Numbered from the whole stretch's first letter, positions 1-14,167 are shown. The stretch: DNA of 63,129 nucleotides, filler included, from Bigelowiella natans CCMP2755 (GCA_000320545.1; 5 parts of 5 records of this genome joined end to end with filler, not necessarily neighbours in it); one strand, 5' to 3'. Numbers and translations: made by a program. The notes: generated by a model not told the origin, from the sequence alone.

Positions 1-17
1 GGGGGGGGGAGAATACC

Positions 18-654
18 GAGTCGGGGGTCGACAAGAGTCTTGGCAGTCATCTTTTGTGTCTCAAAGATTCGATTCGTTATTAACGGCCCCATCTGAAAGA
101 AGAAGAAGAAGAAGAAGAAGAAGAAGAAGAAAGCGTAGATTCAACCATTCAATTAGACACCAAATATACCTACCAAGAGAAAAATAGTAGTATACAAGAA
201 CCTACCTCCGGCATAAACTCTAGCTTTCTAATGAGAGGATGACGCTTGTCTTCGGGTGAAGTAGAGTCGGGTTCCTGCTCCGCTTCGATGACGATTACTT
301 CTTCACGGCTGCGGGCGTGAGACTTACGATCTGCATAAGTCTGGACGTTGGGAGAAGAGAAAAGAAAGAAAAAGTAGAAGGTCAGGATTATAGCAAATTT
401 TACATTGTAAAGCATATTTATCCGCATATGCAAACAAGAGTCTAAGCAACAGCCTTCACAAAAGCAGAAAGGTATGAGGAGGCCGATCCGTCATCCACGT
501 CCTCAGCGCTCGCTCATACATATCGAATCGAAGATTCTCTCGTTTATGTTCATAATGATCTAATAGCGAGAGGGACCAGGATCTTTGACCGCAAGTCTTT
601 ACCGCTGGTAGCGGTAGGATCTTTGTCCTTTACAGACGACGGCTCAGCGCCCAT
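18..654 (-). CDS. Multi-exon gene of unknown function, 3' part runs off the window start; divergent from the PEX13-like gene
   Basis: ATG at 654 (MGAEPSSVKDKDPTATS, then gtaaag donor). Further AG..GT-bounded open exons read TYADRKSHARSREEVIVIEAEQEPDSTSPEDKRHPLIRKLEFMPE and MGPLITNRIFETQKMTAKTLVDPRL. Confidence 0.5.
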
Positions 655-1115
655 TTTCCCGATCTGCTGATCTAAGAATCCCCGGTAATACCCTGGATTA
701 TAAGAAACAAATCTACTACATAGATATACGACAATATATTCATGTTGTCGCATCTCTTGCAATTCTAAGACGAGTGTGATTTAAATGATCAGGAGATTAA
801 TTTTTAACGTCATCAAAAAAGGATGTCGTAGTATGTAATTAAGGGATAATCAATTCTTCTGTGGTCGGTGAAGAAAGGAAAGTCAATAATCCTTTTCTTT
901 CATACGACAACACCATCTGTGCATTCTGCAGTAAATCACCTCATAAGTTGTTCTTTGGAAACACCTCCTTCCCACAAGTATGAGAAAACACGACGTAGTT
1001 TCCATGGAAAAATTAAAGAATTTAACATAAACTGATTATATTGTTGCTAAATATAGGTCGTTCTTCCAAAAATGCATTTTATTTTGTACATAGTCAGCTC
1101 TGAAAGCAAAACTGA

Positions 1116-3375
1116 ATGGCGTCCGAAGCCTCGAGCTCGGGGGTTTTGACCCTGGCAAAACCTCCCACCGCTCTTTCCAGGACGTCAGAAAACGGGAGCT
1201 CCAATAGTGTTCAAGATCTTTTTACAGACCTTACATCCAATTCCGGATCGAGTGAGGTTATTGGAGGGGCTGGTAGCGATGGAAAATATGGGGGCCAAAT
1301 GGCTTCTTCTTCTTCTTCTTCATCCAGTTCGAACCCGGGAGTGTATGGAAGCCAGGGTATTTGCAACTGTTTTCTAGAAAATACTTGATAATTTAATTGT
1401 TGTAATATTGCATTACACTAAAACAAAAGAAACTGAACCGTTCTCATGTATCTTGCCATTTAAACAGGGAGGCCTTATGGGATGAATCACGGGGGGATGG
1501 GGAGCTACGCTACTCCTGTAATGCAGGGGGGGCAGATGCTTATGCACACGATAAATGCACCGATATATTTTATGGGTCGTATGTCGCAGCTGCTTGGGAT
1601 GTCATTCCAATCACTGCATATGTCCTTTGCATCCTTCGTGCGTCTAGCTTCCATGATTTTCATGCTGAAGAGTGAGGCATCTCAAGCTCTTAAAGCAATC
1701 TACGACTTCGTTCTTCGTAAACTGAAAAGGATATTTTCTAGTCGGCAGCAGAACCTCTACGCAGATGCTTGGGAATCGTGCCAGCCACAGCAGCAAAGAT
1801 CGAGCCAATCATGGCTGCTAGCGATCCTTGCTCTCGGAGCCTCTGCCTTGATATTAAAGTCGCTTTACTCATGGATTTTCCAAGCGAAGTCCCAAAAGAA
1901 AAAATTGGAAGAATCTTTAGCATCTTTGAGCGCAGATAAGGACTTAGTAAGGGCCTTAACTCATCGCGAGGTGCTTCACATGGTGAACGAAGTTATGCAG
2001 CGCAGAAAGCCTCAGAGCAGCAACGAGGTAGAAGTATATCATAGACGTAGATGTATCATTGCAAACACCAGAAAAATATGGAGAAATTACACACGTTGCG
2101 ATATAGAACAGGGATAAAACCAATTCTTAATTATATCCGTATACTTCCGATCTCCTTCTGCTCTCCTTCCCTTTGTTGTTGTGCGTGTTTCTCCATGGCG
2201 CAAAGTTCGCTGTCAACTTACTCCAGACGTGCACGAAGCCCTTGCAAAAGCTGGCACGATCCCCGCAACTCCTCCAAGCACTGAGCACTGCTGACGTGCA
2301 AGGGGCGCTGAGTGATATCGGGGCTGGGCGGGAGCCCAACATGTCCTACCGCACGAAGAAGTGGATCATTCGATGTGCAGAGCTCAAGCAGGAGGGCAAG
2401 GACGTCGCAGAGGAAGCAACACAACAAAACTCAAACACAATGGTAGTAGTAGTAGTGGTAAAAGTAGTAGTAGTAGTTGTTGTTGTTGTTGTAGTGTGAG
2501 TATTAACGACAATCAATCTTCCGCGCATAGTTCATACAAAATCGTTCACTACTTTAAGCACACGCAGAATACATACCTGCACACCGCTCCATGTCTCATA
2601 GCTTCTCGCTTCCCTCTTTTAACGAGAAATGTCGCGGATTGACTGATGTAAACTACCATTTGTCGTGTTTCTTCTTCTTTTTCTTTGTGTTGTTGTTGTT
2701 GTTTTCCCCAGATGAACATGGGAATGATGGGAGGGATGGGGATGGGGATGGGGATGGGGATGGGGTAAGCCTTCAATGAGAGACTAACGCCAAAATTATG
2801 TTATCCACAACTCAAATGTACTCATGGCCTCCTGTTTGCTCGCAACTACGAAACTACTCGTCATATGATCGAGATGCTGCTGGTGTAGCTCCTACTACTC
2901 GTGGCATGTGATTGGCCGATTTCTATCAAATTACATCTTCCACGTGCGAACATCCATACAAAACCTGCAGACGACCAACGATCTTCTCTTGTTGTTGCCA
3001 TAGATATGGAGGCTATGGAGGAGGACTCGGCAGCTGCTATGGAAGCTATGGAATGGGCATGGGCGGCTACGGCAGGTGAGAAAACGATCGCTCATCATCA
3101 CACTAGCGACTCGGGATCAGCATACAACAGCGAGTTTTCCTTCAACGTGCAGCTATCTTGCCAGTTAGCTCTGATTAGTGTTTGCTGTAGTGCACTATTG
3201 TCCCACCGCACCCCGAAGAGAGAGAGGGGGGGGCAGTGGGGGGGGAGCTCCGCTTCAACTTACTTCATGGGATCTTATTTATTCATTTTTTTTTTCATTC
3301 TTTGAATATTGTAGCTACGGTGGTTATGGAAGCTACGGGGGGGGCTATGGTGGCGGCTATGGCGGCTACTATTAA
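1116..3375 (+). CDS. PEX13: PEX13-like peroxisomal membrane protein with C-terminal Gly/Tyr-rich tail (about 400 aa, 6 exons)
   Basis: Exons 1116-1356, 1468-2027, 2227-2442, 2712-2764, 3004-3075 and 3315-3375 are all GT-AG and phase-consistent. APIYFMGRMSQLLGMSFQSLHMSFASFVRLASMIFMLKSE resembles the Peroxin-13 amphipathic helix. It is followed by a TM segment (WLLAILALGASALILKSLYSWIF) and a tail ending YGGYGSYGGGYGGGYGGYY*. Confidence 0.7.
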
Positions 3376-4483
3376 TATCTATGAACAGAAGAAGTAAAGA
3401 GGAGAAGAAGAAGAAAATATAAATGGGGTGGATCGGTGATAGCCTATAGTAGTCAATAGTCATCTCAACCAATTATAGACATTCGTACTTGCAGCTGCTT
3501 AATATACATCATCATCATACAGCAGCGTCTAGAAAACTTGCTTGTGTGATGGTTCGATGCCGTTATCAGAAATAGTTTCACCGCTTCTCACCACATCGTC
3601 GTCATGTAAAACGGTCAGCATCATTGTCATGCGAGTTCCATTCGTTGAAGGAACAATAAGTTATACTCAGAAATAGAATTTGCAACAATTGCACATTTGT
3701 ACGATTGACAACCACATGTAGGGCTTGTGTATGCCTTTTCGAGTCACTGAGGGAAGAAACAAAGAGCATCCTCCTCAGTATCCCTCTCTTGTCTCTTGTG
3801 AAGCATGCGCATGCGCAAACAGCAAAGCGGGTGTTCACATTGACTAGTTGTTGAGCACATCTAGGCATCACGTGCGCGCACACGTGTGTGGTCACCGGTG
3901 CTCGCTATGTGTCAGGCTACAAAGTAGCACGGCTAGACGGAGCATGCTCATGCGTGCAGCACACTTGCAGCTTGCTAGCCTAGTAGCTAGCAAGCAGGTA
4001 GCTTGCATTCTAGCAGTTCGACCACATGCACGGCCGGATCGTATCTAGGGATGACTGTGCGACAAGATCTGTGATGTGCGGGCACATGCGCATCTAGGCA
4101 TGCTAGCATGTGTCTAGATGGCTAGCTCTTGCGCTGGACACCATGCCACCTGATCGACATCCATCGCATGCAACTCGCATCGCTTGTGCAAGCATGCTAC
4201 TACGGGCGAGCTAACGGGTGCCATGCAGCATGCTTGCAGTGGTGCAGTAGATCTAGAGATGCACGCACTGCACTGATGACATTTCACTTTTGTTCAAATT
4301 CTTGCTATTTCCCTTGATTCTCACCCGGCGACACCATAGTAGGAGCGAGGCGCAAATATGCTAGTATGTACTCAGAGCCTTGATCTGATGATGCGTAACA
4401 CATAATGGAGGTTATAATTACAACTGTCCTAGAAATGGGCGGGACAAGGACGATACCCAGTAGCAACACGCTATTTGAATGCA

Positions 4484-4526
<43 letters not shown>

Positions 4527-4574
4527 TATTGAGATATATATAACATATTGCTGTGTCTATTATTATATAGTATG

Positions 4575-4599
<25 letters not shown>

Positions 4600-4608
<9 letters not shown>

Positions 4609-4872
4609 TTCTGTCACAGGATGATGCCGAAATGCATGGACATTGTACTCATCATCCTCATCAACATCATCATCATCATCATCCATGTGGAAGGAGCTGA
4701 CTCGCCTTAGGAAGTAGGGCAGGAAGGTAAAGTCGTACGGGCTAAAGCGTGATAAGACGTCGGTCATTGATACAACACCAACCAAGACCCCATCGTCCTG
4801 AATCGATAGCTTTGCTTTATTTCTTTTCGATGATATCGAACACACACTGCACGCGCGCACGCACACGCATGC

Positions 4873-4914
<42 letters not shown>

Positions 4915-6037
4915 ATATAGATGTATTGCCTTTGCATTGTGCACTGGCTATATAAACAGATGATGCTGTTATCAGGAGCTATTATGGCACTCTCACAATG
5001 TATTCGGATCAAAACCGTAGGTGTATTTCTCTGCATGCCGGACATGCTCAAGAAGGGTGGAAATGTCACAACCATGATCATCATCCTCACCATCATCATC
5101 CTCACCACCACCATCACCATCATCATCATATCGTGAACATTATCCTCTCGTCTTGTTCGCCACCATGCACTGTGAAATTCATTACCACAATCCATGCGCG
5201 ATGTACATCTTCCTTCACGATCTGAATTATGAGGAGGAGGAGGAGGAGGAGGAGGGGGGTGATGGCTATACGCATTATCTGAAATGATGAAAAGCTTCTT
5301 TCTGCTTAGTTGTTTTTAACGGTGCTGTTTGCATGTTCATTTCGTGTATCAACTTGTAGTGTGTGTGTGTGTGTGTGTTTTTGCTGCAGGGGACTACCCA
5401 CCTTCTGAATTGCTACTGACAGTGTTGTAGTAGGTTCAACTACCACTTGAGAGTTGTGAATCGTACCTGTTTTGCATTGGAGGAAGGTGCTAAGATACGA
5501 ATCATCATCATCATCATCGCTGTCATCATTATCATTGTTATCACCCATTGCTTTCCTATATTCCATGACAGGCAGGAGAAGCTGCATAAAAGCACAATAG
5601 ATTTGACGTGAAAACAAGGCATTATTTTACGAGAAACAGAGTGCATTTTCAATGAAAAGGAACTCCCTTCGCCGATTCTGAGCCAATCTCACTGCGATGA
5701 AGTAATGATACAAGCAAGCAAACGTCAATGAGCTTGGTTTTTATGGCAGCAACCCAACCTCCTTGAGATGGCACTTCGTCATGCCTCTCATGTCAGACTG
5801 ACTCAAAGTTCCAATCTGATCATATGACAACTCTATAAATCGTAACAGGAGCATGACGGTACAGGGAGGGGAGGCGGAGTTTGTTGATCTAAGTGGAGAT
5901 GCTTTCTCCCTTCAGGAAGGCTAATGGAATCAACCACATTGTCTTCCGCAAATTGCATTTATCTGATCGGTAAACCGAACCCACAGTTTGCTCTCGAATG
6001 TCTATCTTAGTCTAAAAATAAATATGCGTATAATGAA

Positions 6038-6074
<37 letters not shown>

Positions 6075-7117
6075 GTGTGTGTGTGTGTGTGTGTGTACAA
6101 CGAACCACTCGATCACTGGTATCTAGGATAGGAAAGAGCACTTAAATCCCATGATCCCCCCGTCTTCCACAAACACAAATACACACACACACACACACAC
6201 AAAGAGAGAGACATAGATATAGTAGAGAGAGAGAGGGAGAGCTTTCATGTGCTATAAACGATCTCCAAAGGGTGAGAGAGAGTGCTTGATAGTGCATTCC
6301 CTTGCTCTGAAAGACTATAGATTGAATTAAGACATAGGAAGGAACCGAGTGGCCTTTGCAAGANNNNNNNNNNNNNNNNNNNNNNNNNNNNNNNNNNNNN
6401 NNNNNNNTTAATTAATTAANNNNNNNNNNNNNNNNNNNNNNNNNNNNNNNNNNNNNNNNNNNNTATACTCGTATTACCACTCGCGCTGCTGATCTTATGC
6501 TTGTCTTTTTTCTTTATTTACTCAACAAGAGAGAGTGGGGGGGGGCATAGGCACGTCGTGGTGCGCAGGTCATCTGTGCGAGAACGACAGGTCCATTACT
6601 TAGCTCCTGTTTGCTATGTTGTTCATTCGCGACTTCTGCTACCATATCTGTTTGTTTCTTTTTTGTCCTTTGTGTATGGATTCCTCCCCCCACCTCACCC
6701 TTCCTGAATCGCCCCAAGGGTTTAGGTCGCCCTTTTTTTTTGGGGCTTCTTAAGGGGGGAACCCCCCCCCCCCCCCTTTGGGAAAAATCCACTTTTTTCC
6801 CCTAATCCCAAACGGGGACAATTCCCCCAATCCCTTTTTCCAAAAAATCCCTTTTTTCCGGGGAGGGTGGGGGGGGCCCCCCCTCGGCGGATGTCAAGAA
6901 TAAGAAGACGTACCCCAAAACCCCCCCCCCCCCCCCCCCTCTGACTTCTCATGATTCTACATCATCATTCGTTATACGATCTGCATATTTAGCGGGGCTT
7001 TCGAGAGGATCAAGTACTACATCGATCATCGTACAAATCGCACGCAGCGAAGACCGCCAATGCTAAATCCAGGTGGTGGCAGCCATACCGTATGGCAAGC
7101 CAATATGCGTATAAATG

Positions 7118-7158
<41 letters not shown>

Positions 7159-7433
7159 GGCACTCGTTGTTACGGAAATGATTGCGTGGAAATGAAATGA
7201 TAGGGTTAGGCTAATGGCCGATTTGGATCCCGGTTGAGCGGCAGCAGCGCTGACTCATGATTATACCTTTGTTTCTCAGGACTCGTTCGCCAACAATCGA
7301 AGAAGAAGAACAAGACTATGCTCTCCTTCTCACCACGGAAATCAAGCAAGCGCTCGAAAAAGAAGAAAGAGAGGGGCAGCGGTAGCTCCCAGGTATAACA
7401 AGCGTAACAATCTAATATTTCCGCGAAGCTCAT
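4600..7433 (-). CDS. CBS-domain protein (SDS23/AMPK-gamma-like), multi-exon; ends approximate, probably spans the gap at 6364-6463
   Basis: Exon peptides IGTLSQSDMRGM (5762-5815), LLLPVMEYRKA, VVVEPTTTLSVAIQK, IVKEDVHRAWIV and DGVLVGVVSMTDVLSRF make up typical tandem CBS motifs. Confidence 0.7.
6364..6463. other. Assembly gap with TTAATTAATTAA linker
   Basis: N44-TTAATTAATTAA-N44. Confidence 0.98.
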
Positions 7434-8749
7434 AGGTCTCGCAGCGCCATTGGCCTCTGCTCATTACTTCTTTCCGCCATCACTACTATACGATATACGA
7501 CACAGCGCGCTACCGGGAGTGGGAACATCGGCTTGGAGTCGCTCACCGGTGACAGCAAGGCAAACGACGAATACATCAGGGATGCGGACTTGTACGTTGG
7601 TGGTAAGCTTGGAACGTGATATCAACCCGCGGAGATATTTTTATACAGCATGTATGATGGCATTGTTATTATGATGATGGTGTGCGATTTGTGTCAGTGA
7701 GTTCTTGCTCTGTCATTCTTTTAGTTAGTTATTCCCAGCGAGTTGCGTGGAAGTGTACGCATGCAATTAAACAGCTTCAAAATAAAGAAGTACAAGGATA
7801 TTCCGATTGCAAACATCTCTACACGTACTGTCCGACATGCTAGTCTAATACGTGGTCGCAGTCAGTAGCTGTGAAACGCAAACGCGGCGCAAGAATGTAT
7901 TAGCCGTGCCCACACAACTGTGCACTGCGGACAAACGTCATCGAAGATGTGGATCATTTGCTTTATGATTATCTTCCTTGCCCATCGCACACCACATGCC
8001 AACGCCGCTTGAGGAATCAGCTCACTGCCATAGTGATGCGCGACGGCCAAACGAAAAGATTCACTTACGATATCATATATGAGAAGTAAACACGCACTGC
8101 TGCGCAAAATGCGCGATATTCAAGACTGAAACGATATGCATTTGATTGCTTGCATGAAACACATCATAGCGTAGACCAACAGATTCAACATTAACGCTGT
8201 AGCCGCTGCATTGCACAGCTACATTTGGATGACCATATTATTGAACAAATTTAATTCGATTCATTACATCCGTCTTACACCACGTACTTCGCAGAACTGC
8301 CGAAGCTTGCAACGATGTTGAGGTTGGTAACACTTCGACTCCCATGACTAGCTACCGCTGCATTTGTAAAATATCTAAACACAGCAATAAATGTGCGATG
8401 CAGCTTTCAAATAGGCAACTTTAAAAGTGCACACGTGCATGCAGGTATGTATAAGTCTAGTGTGTGCGACATTACATATAGCATTCTTAGTTATGGGATA
8501 AAATATTGTATCCGCGATAACTCAAGCCATTCTCTGGTGTCGCTACGTGCGTGCGGCCGAGTTTTTTTGATGCTTGATTCTGGGAGGCCTTGTTTGACCT
8601 GTTAGTAGCGAGGCGCACAGTGTTTGGTGTGAGGCACAAGCACGGCCATTGCTTGCTTCTTAGTGGAATACCTTACTGCAGCGTTTTCGTATTGTGATAA
8701 GTGTTCGTTCCTCCTCTGCCTCCCTAAGAGCCGATCATTAGAAATCAAA

Positions 8750-8847
8750 TAATGGCCGACGGGAAGAGTTAAATACGGTCATTCACACGCTGATGTTCTT
8801 GTCCAGGACAAGCTCACACGCGCACATACACAGACAGACGATATATA

Positions 8848-8881
<34 letters not shown>

Positions 8882-9556
8882 CAACCTGTTATGATACAAT
8901 AGTCGTTGGGTTTGTGACGCACAACTCCTGCGTATCTGAAAAGAGCAACACGCAGCTTAATAATCATACGTGTTTTCCTTCGAGGCAATGTCTCATTTTG
9001 GAATGTCAGAGAGCTCGCCATCCCTCCTCTCCCAATGCCATATGTGTGAAACGAGCGTCCCTTGCTCTATGCTTTCATCAACTTACCCGGAGCGGTCGAC
9101 ATCGATCCTCTCCCTTGTTTTCTTAAATATATCATTTGTCGTTCCCTCCATTCGGTGGTCACCTGCGACGGATGGGTGATGGGGAAGATGATGATAAGCA
9201 GAACGTCAAAGGCTAGGTCACGGGTTTCTTCTGTCCCATCTCTTAATCGCATGCACATTTTATCAATATCCACTCATTCAGCAACTTATTTGTATGATAT
9301 TGATGCTGCTACCGAGATGGATTTTGGAGGTTGTCATCTTCCTCCCTGCGATGACACATAACACGAGGAAAAAGATGTTAGCAATTAAAACGCTTACGGC
9401 AATCCGGAAGTACATCAATGACCCGAAGCACAGGCATTCATGATAGTATCCTCTCCGTGGAAGAAAATAGTAGAAAAACTGCTTCTCGGTTGCGTTTATA
9501 GAGACGAATACGAAACCGAGAAACAGTTTCAATTACTACGTATTTTTGCGCGCGTG

Positions 9557-9594
<38 letters not shown>

Positions 9595-9693
9595 TACTGC
9601 TTAGGAATATCCCAATGATGGTAGCATTACATCTCGCTGATACTCAGAGAGTGGTATTTTTGATGTGAGTGAGGTGAGAGAGAGGGAGAGAGA

Positions 9694-9731
<38 letters not shown>

Positions 9732-11100
9732 TGGACAACCCATTTCTTTAGCCCCCAGAACTTTTATCTTCGACTCCATCCCGCGCCCTCCTTTGTAGGA
9801 TTGTGTCTGTAGCATAGGAGAGGATGGTTAGTTGGGGGAGGGGGGGGAGGGACTTGGACGATGTTCGTTCGGAGGGAAGCTACAGCTCGATTTACTTTTT
9901 AAAAAATTAATGCATGCGTCGCTCAGCGTGTTTTCGCGCGTATCGAATATTCCATATCGGATCCTTACGTTCGCAAAGTTCTTCCACTGATTATCATTTG
10001 TCGATAGAAACCTGGAAAAATCGCAGCATATACGGTGCTAAATGTCCACAAACACACACACACTCACACTTGTTCAACATTATTCAATATTATGTATGCG
10101 TTGTATTACGATGTGGAGCAGGTGGAGTGCTCGATAGGATTTGTTTGAGGCCCGAGAGCTTTCTGCAAAGTTGGACAACTCAACGAAAGCACTACATCTA
10201 CAAAGAAAAGAGAGGACAGGAAGAATGCGTTAAGAATACATAAACCACCTTCTTGCCAGCTGGTCGAATCTTTGAAACTCTCTCCCTACTGGATGAGTTG
10301 TTGCTACTTCTCTTGTAGTAGTTTGGAAAAGTCCTCATGTACTGCGAGGATGCTAGGACATCTAAGGAGTCTTGATTCTCTATGGATATGGCATGGAAGG
10401 GGCCAGAAATAATAACGTGTCAGATGCCTGTCCTTCATACCAAATGTATTACGCATAAAAGTGGAGTAGCTGTGATTCTCTAATAACTATAAACATCCGA
10501 TTGTATTACTTCTGTCCGAAAAGATAATATCCTTGACAACGGTCGACTGAGAACCATGCGAACAAACACTCACGTCAGGGCAACAAACTCATCCAGTATA
10601 TCCCAATAACGCATATCATCAGCCATTGCTCCACTCCCTCACCTTTGCTGTTTGGGAAATCGGCTGCTTGGAAGTGGCCAGCTCCTGAAGAACGTGTTTG
10701 GATTGATATTTGTCATCGAAGGGCTACCTACACATACGTATATACTTCTATCTCAGGGCATCTCACATGATTTGTTGGCCTTGGGAAGAGTCTGGAATGT
10801 GTTGTGTCTGCTGTCGAAGCGAAAGGAGCAGGCTCGTAGATGCCGCCTCCGCCTCCCACTGACAAGAAGAAGAAGAACCAAATTTCTATTATTCTAATTG
10901 GATCCAAAGACAAGCTCCCCAAATGCATAATCGGCTCTGTGCGTAACAAGCGCGTCATACCAGGTTTATTTCACTCAGGGTCATCATCATCATCATCATT
11001 ATCATTATCAGTATCAGTATCATCACATCATTTTCCGTGAGAACTACCTGACTGCCCAAAGTCCGCCATGTCAGCCAAACGCTTTACAGCTTCGCCCACG
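8750..11100 (-). CDS. Multi-exon gene of unknown function; ends approximate
   Basis: Chain of short AG..GT-bounded open exons: VGEAVKRLADMADFGQS, YEPAPFASTADTTHSRLFPRPTNH, PFDDKYQSKHVLQELATSKQPISQTAK, NHSYSTFMRNTF, DVLASSQYMRTFPNYYKRS, VTTEWRERQMIYLRKQGRGSMSTAPG. No family recognised. Confidence 0.45.
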
Positions 11101-11594
11101 CTGACGAATAAAGAAGAGTCTACGAACAAGCTACCAAGCTAGGATGTAGGCTGAGAATGGAGGGGGAAGGGGCGTTTTTCAGGGATGAGCTTCGTGGCAC
11201 TTCGCCGATCGTCGTTACTGTCAGTTTTTTTGTGCCAGATTCCGTCTCGGGACTATGTGAAAATAGACAAATTATTATCGCAGTTTACACATGCGAATTG
11301 TCAGGATAATTGTTCCTGTCAACGAAACGTCCCATCTCTCAATAAGCTATATCACGAGGAATGGGAGAATGTTTTAGATGTTTGAAGCGTGAAGTATTTT
11401 CTAAAAAGTTCGTCAGTGATTGGAATTTTCAGGCGTTTCTTGGCCGTTTTATGTCAGGAGAGAACACAGCGCCCCCCCTCCTCAAACTCTACAAACCGGA
11501 TCTCAGGCGGTTGCTGTGTAACAATGGCCCTATCGCGGAGCGGATTCGTTGAATCTATCTCCTAGACCCCGCTAGCGACACCAACTACGCTGGT

Positions 11595-12182
11595 ATGCCT
11601 GAGCTGACGAAGAAGCTCATCGTCTCTCGTTCCGGGGAGTTCTGCCTTGAAAGCGTCTTTTCCCTTCGCCTGTCCAAAGAAAGTGCGCTCCTCACCACCA
11701 AATAACAAGATGCCTTTCCGATCATGCTCTCTTGTCCTTTCTAACCCGCCATTCCCCCCCACACCCCCCCCCCACCGCAATCAGATATACGGTTGACATC
11801 AGCATTGGAGAGATGTGTCAACTTGAAGACCCTCGACCTCTCCCAAAACGGGCTGAGAGAGTAAGCGAGTTAGCCATGCGGCAAAGCTTAAATATTTGCA
11901 TGTGAGAGCGATATACATATTTTAATAGTTGAACCCATCAGTTTTCAGTGAGTTAGTGAATCAGCATCTTCCTCTTCTCTTCTCTTCCTGCTCCTCCTCA
12001 CTTTCAACCCCCGACCCTCCTTCCCATCAGCCTGCTAGTCGACTACAAGAGAATTGACAGTATGGCAAAGCTCAAGTTCTTAGACCTGAAGCAGAATAGG
12101 CTGAAAAATTTAGGTGATTGCTATGTTCCTATTGGTTTCCGATTTACCTCCATTTCCTCTCAATTTTCACACCAGTCCTAAA

Positions 12183-12220
<38 letters not shown>

Positions 12221-12248
12221 TTACAGAGTTACAACTTTTAATATAGTA

Positions 12249-12299
<51 letters not shown>

Positions 12300-13561
12300 A
12301 TATTTCCCGGCACATTAGACTCTCTTCCTACATGTGAAAGGCTAGAAATTCTTCACCTAGAAGGTCCACTCATCTCCCCACATGCTACTTTCCACAATTA
12401 TTTTGCCATAGCAGCAAGTTCTAGTTCTATGAAAGTCAGCAAATGATGACGATAGCCTGATCTCTTCGGCCCCGCCGTTTAATGCTTCCCATTTGTCTCT
12501 TCTCATTATGATTTTCAGTTAGCAGTATTATTATTGTTATTTAATTAACCCTTCTATCTCTCTTCGTGAAAAGGCAACTTGATCGCAAATGTACGCGAGT
12601 TGGAGATCCTGCAGACGAGAGCTCCGCAGCTTAAGCAGCTGTACCTAGAGAACTCTTCGGCGAACCTCCGAAACCCCCTTTGCCGCACAAAGCACTACAG
12701 CGAGCTCATCGTGAAGATGCTACCTGGCCTCACAGTCCTGAATGGAATGAGGTCGGGTTGGAAAGGGCGTGCGTGCGTGCATGTATGCGTGTGTTTGTGT
12801 GTGGTGATTATGGTGTTTCACGAGAGCAACAGGCACGTAATTCTTCCTCCTCCTCCTCTCCCTCCTCCGTGTCCACCACCAGGCTTAATTACGAATACTC
12901 CCTCTACAACCTCGGGAAATCGATAGAGAAGGCGTTCTGTAAGAACGAGGAGGAGGAGAAGGGCGATGATGACTCGAGGACGTCTCCAGCTTCCCGAAGT
13001 AGAGAAAACACTATAGCAAAACGATAGATTCGATACCGCGAGAGATGACGAAATTGCTCAACGGCATGTGTCTCATGGAATGAATTCAACGCCTACTTGC
13101 TACCGTAGCTGAAGCGAAATACCCTCATTTGGAGCAGTTTCGCAGTCGAATGCACTGCGCCCATTGCGGTTGTAAGGCCTTTCCACGCTCCTCCCTCTAA
13201 CGACATATGTTGTCACATACAACGCAGGTTCGGGTGTTGAGCTGTGCCCAGAACTAGAAGCTGGGCTGGATGAAGATGTCGACAAATTGGAAAGTAGTCT
13301 CACTCACTATGATGCTGGTGTTGATACCGCTGATGATGGCCATCACCATCTTTGTGATGGTAGCGACTTTTGGGAGTGGTGGTTGTGACGATGAAAACGA
13401 ACATGACGACGACGATGATGATGATGATGATGATGATAATAATATGGTGCCATGGGTTGCAGTAACCCGCGCCGCAGCTGCCCGCTCTCCGCCCCCGAGT
13501 TGACATCTTCAATGCTGCAGGTTTATTAGCCTCCTGCAAGAAGCTCGTCAAGCAACAGTGA
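11595..13561 (+). CDS. LRRC61: Leucine-rich repeat-containing protein 61 homologue (SDS22-like LRR with LRR cap)
   Basis: N-terminus MPELTKKLIVSRSGEFCLESVFSLRLSKE matches the LRRC61 pattern (LLKSRTGEFSLESILLLKL). LRRs read CVNLKTLDLSQNGL, MAKLKFLDLKQNRL and CERLEILHLEGNLI. Cap reads NLRNPLCRTKHYSELIVKMLPGLTVLNG. Last exon LLASCKKLVKQQ*. Confidence 0.85.
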
Positions 13562-14167
13562 CGGCCGATTACGATGTCCACGATAACTGACTTCCACAAG
13601 AATGCACACGGAGAGCGAAGAGCGATACGATGAGTCAGGGTCGGCGGTGATGCGTTATGTCATCGTGTAGAATGACAAAAGGAATCAGTAACCACAGGAG
13701 GATTATTTCACCGATTCCACCACATACACGCCTGCATGCATGCACATCTCTTGTTGTTGAGCTATAGAGCATCGCTATGTGGTACATGCACAGTCTCATC
13801 TGCATGTAAGACGAATGTAATCAATCAATTAAATGCGTTCAATAGTCATCCTAATGTGTGGATGCCAGTATACTAGAAGGCCCACAGCTTGTCATTAATG
13901 CACCGTACCATATCTGCGAACGGCAGGCAGTGCTTTTACCTGCGTGCGGATCCACGGTATATATGTACAATCATGAAAACACAATTTTTAATAATAATAA
14001 ACCATCATATGTCGCGCATCGATCACGCGCACAATGCAAATAATGGTACTGCAAGTGCGCGCTGTCAGCAGACCAGAAGGCGCACACTATTCATGCATAC
14101 ACATGTATAAGATGGATGTAACCAATTAAACTAAATTTGTTCTATGGTCACTATCCTTATATGTAGC

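Noticed and set aside
6408-6419. TTAATTAATTAA motif found four times inside N runs
   Set aside because: Artificial stop-in-all-frames scaffold linker, not biological. Adjacency across these gaps is unproven.
6700-6950. Homopolymer-rich G/C/T/A stretches (also about 16130-16270, 30330-30430 and 61055-61150) that look like G-quadruplex or novel repeats
   Set aside because: They resemble low-quality read sequence after long homopolymers; the ORFs there are not credible.
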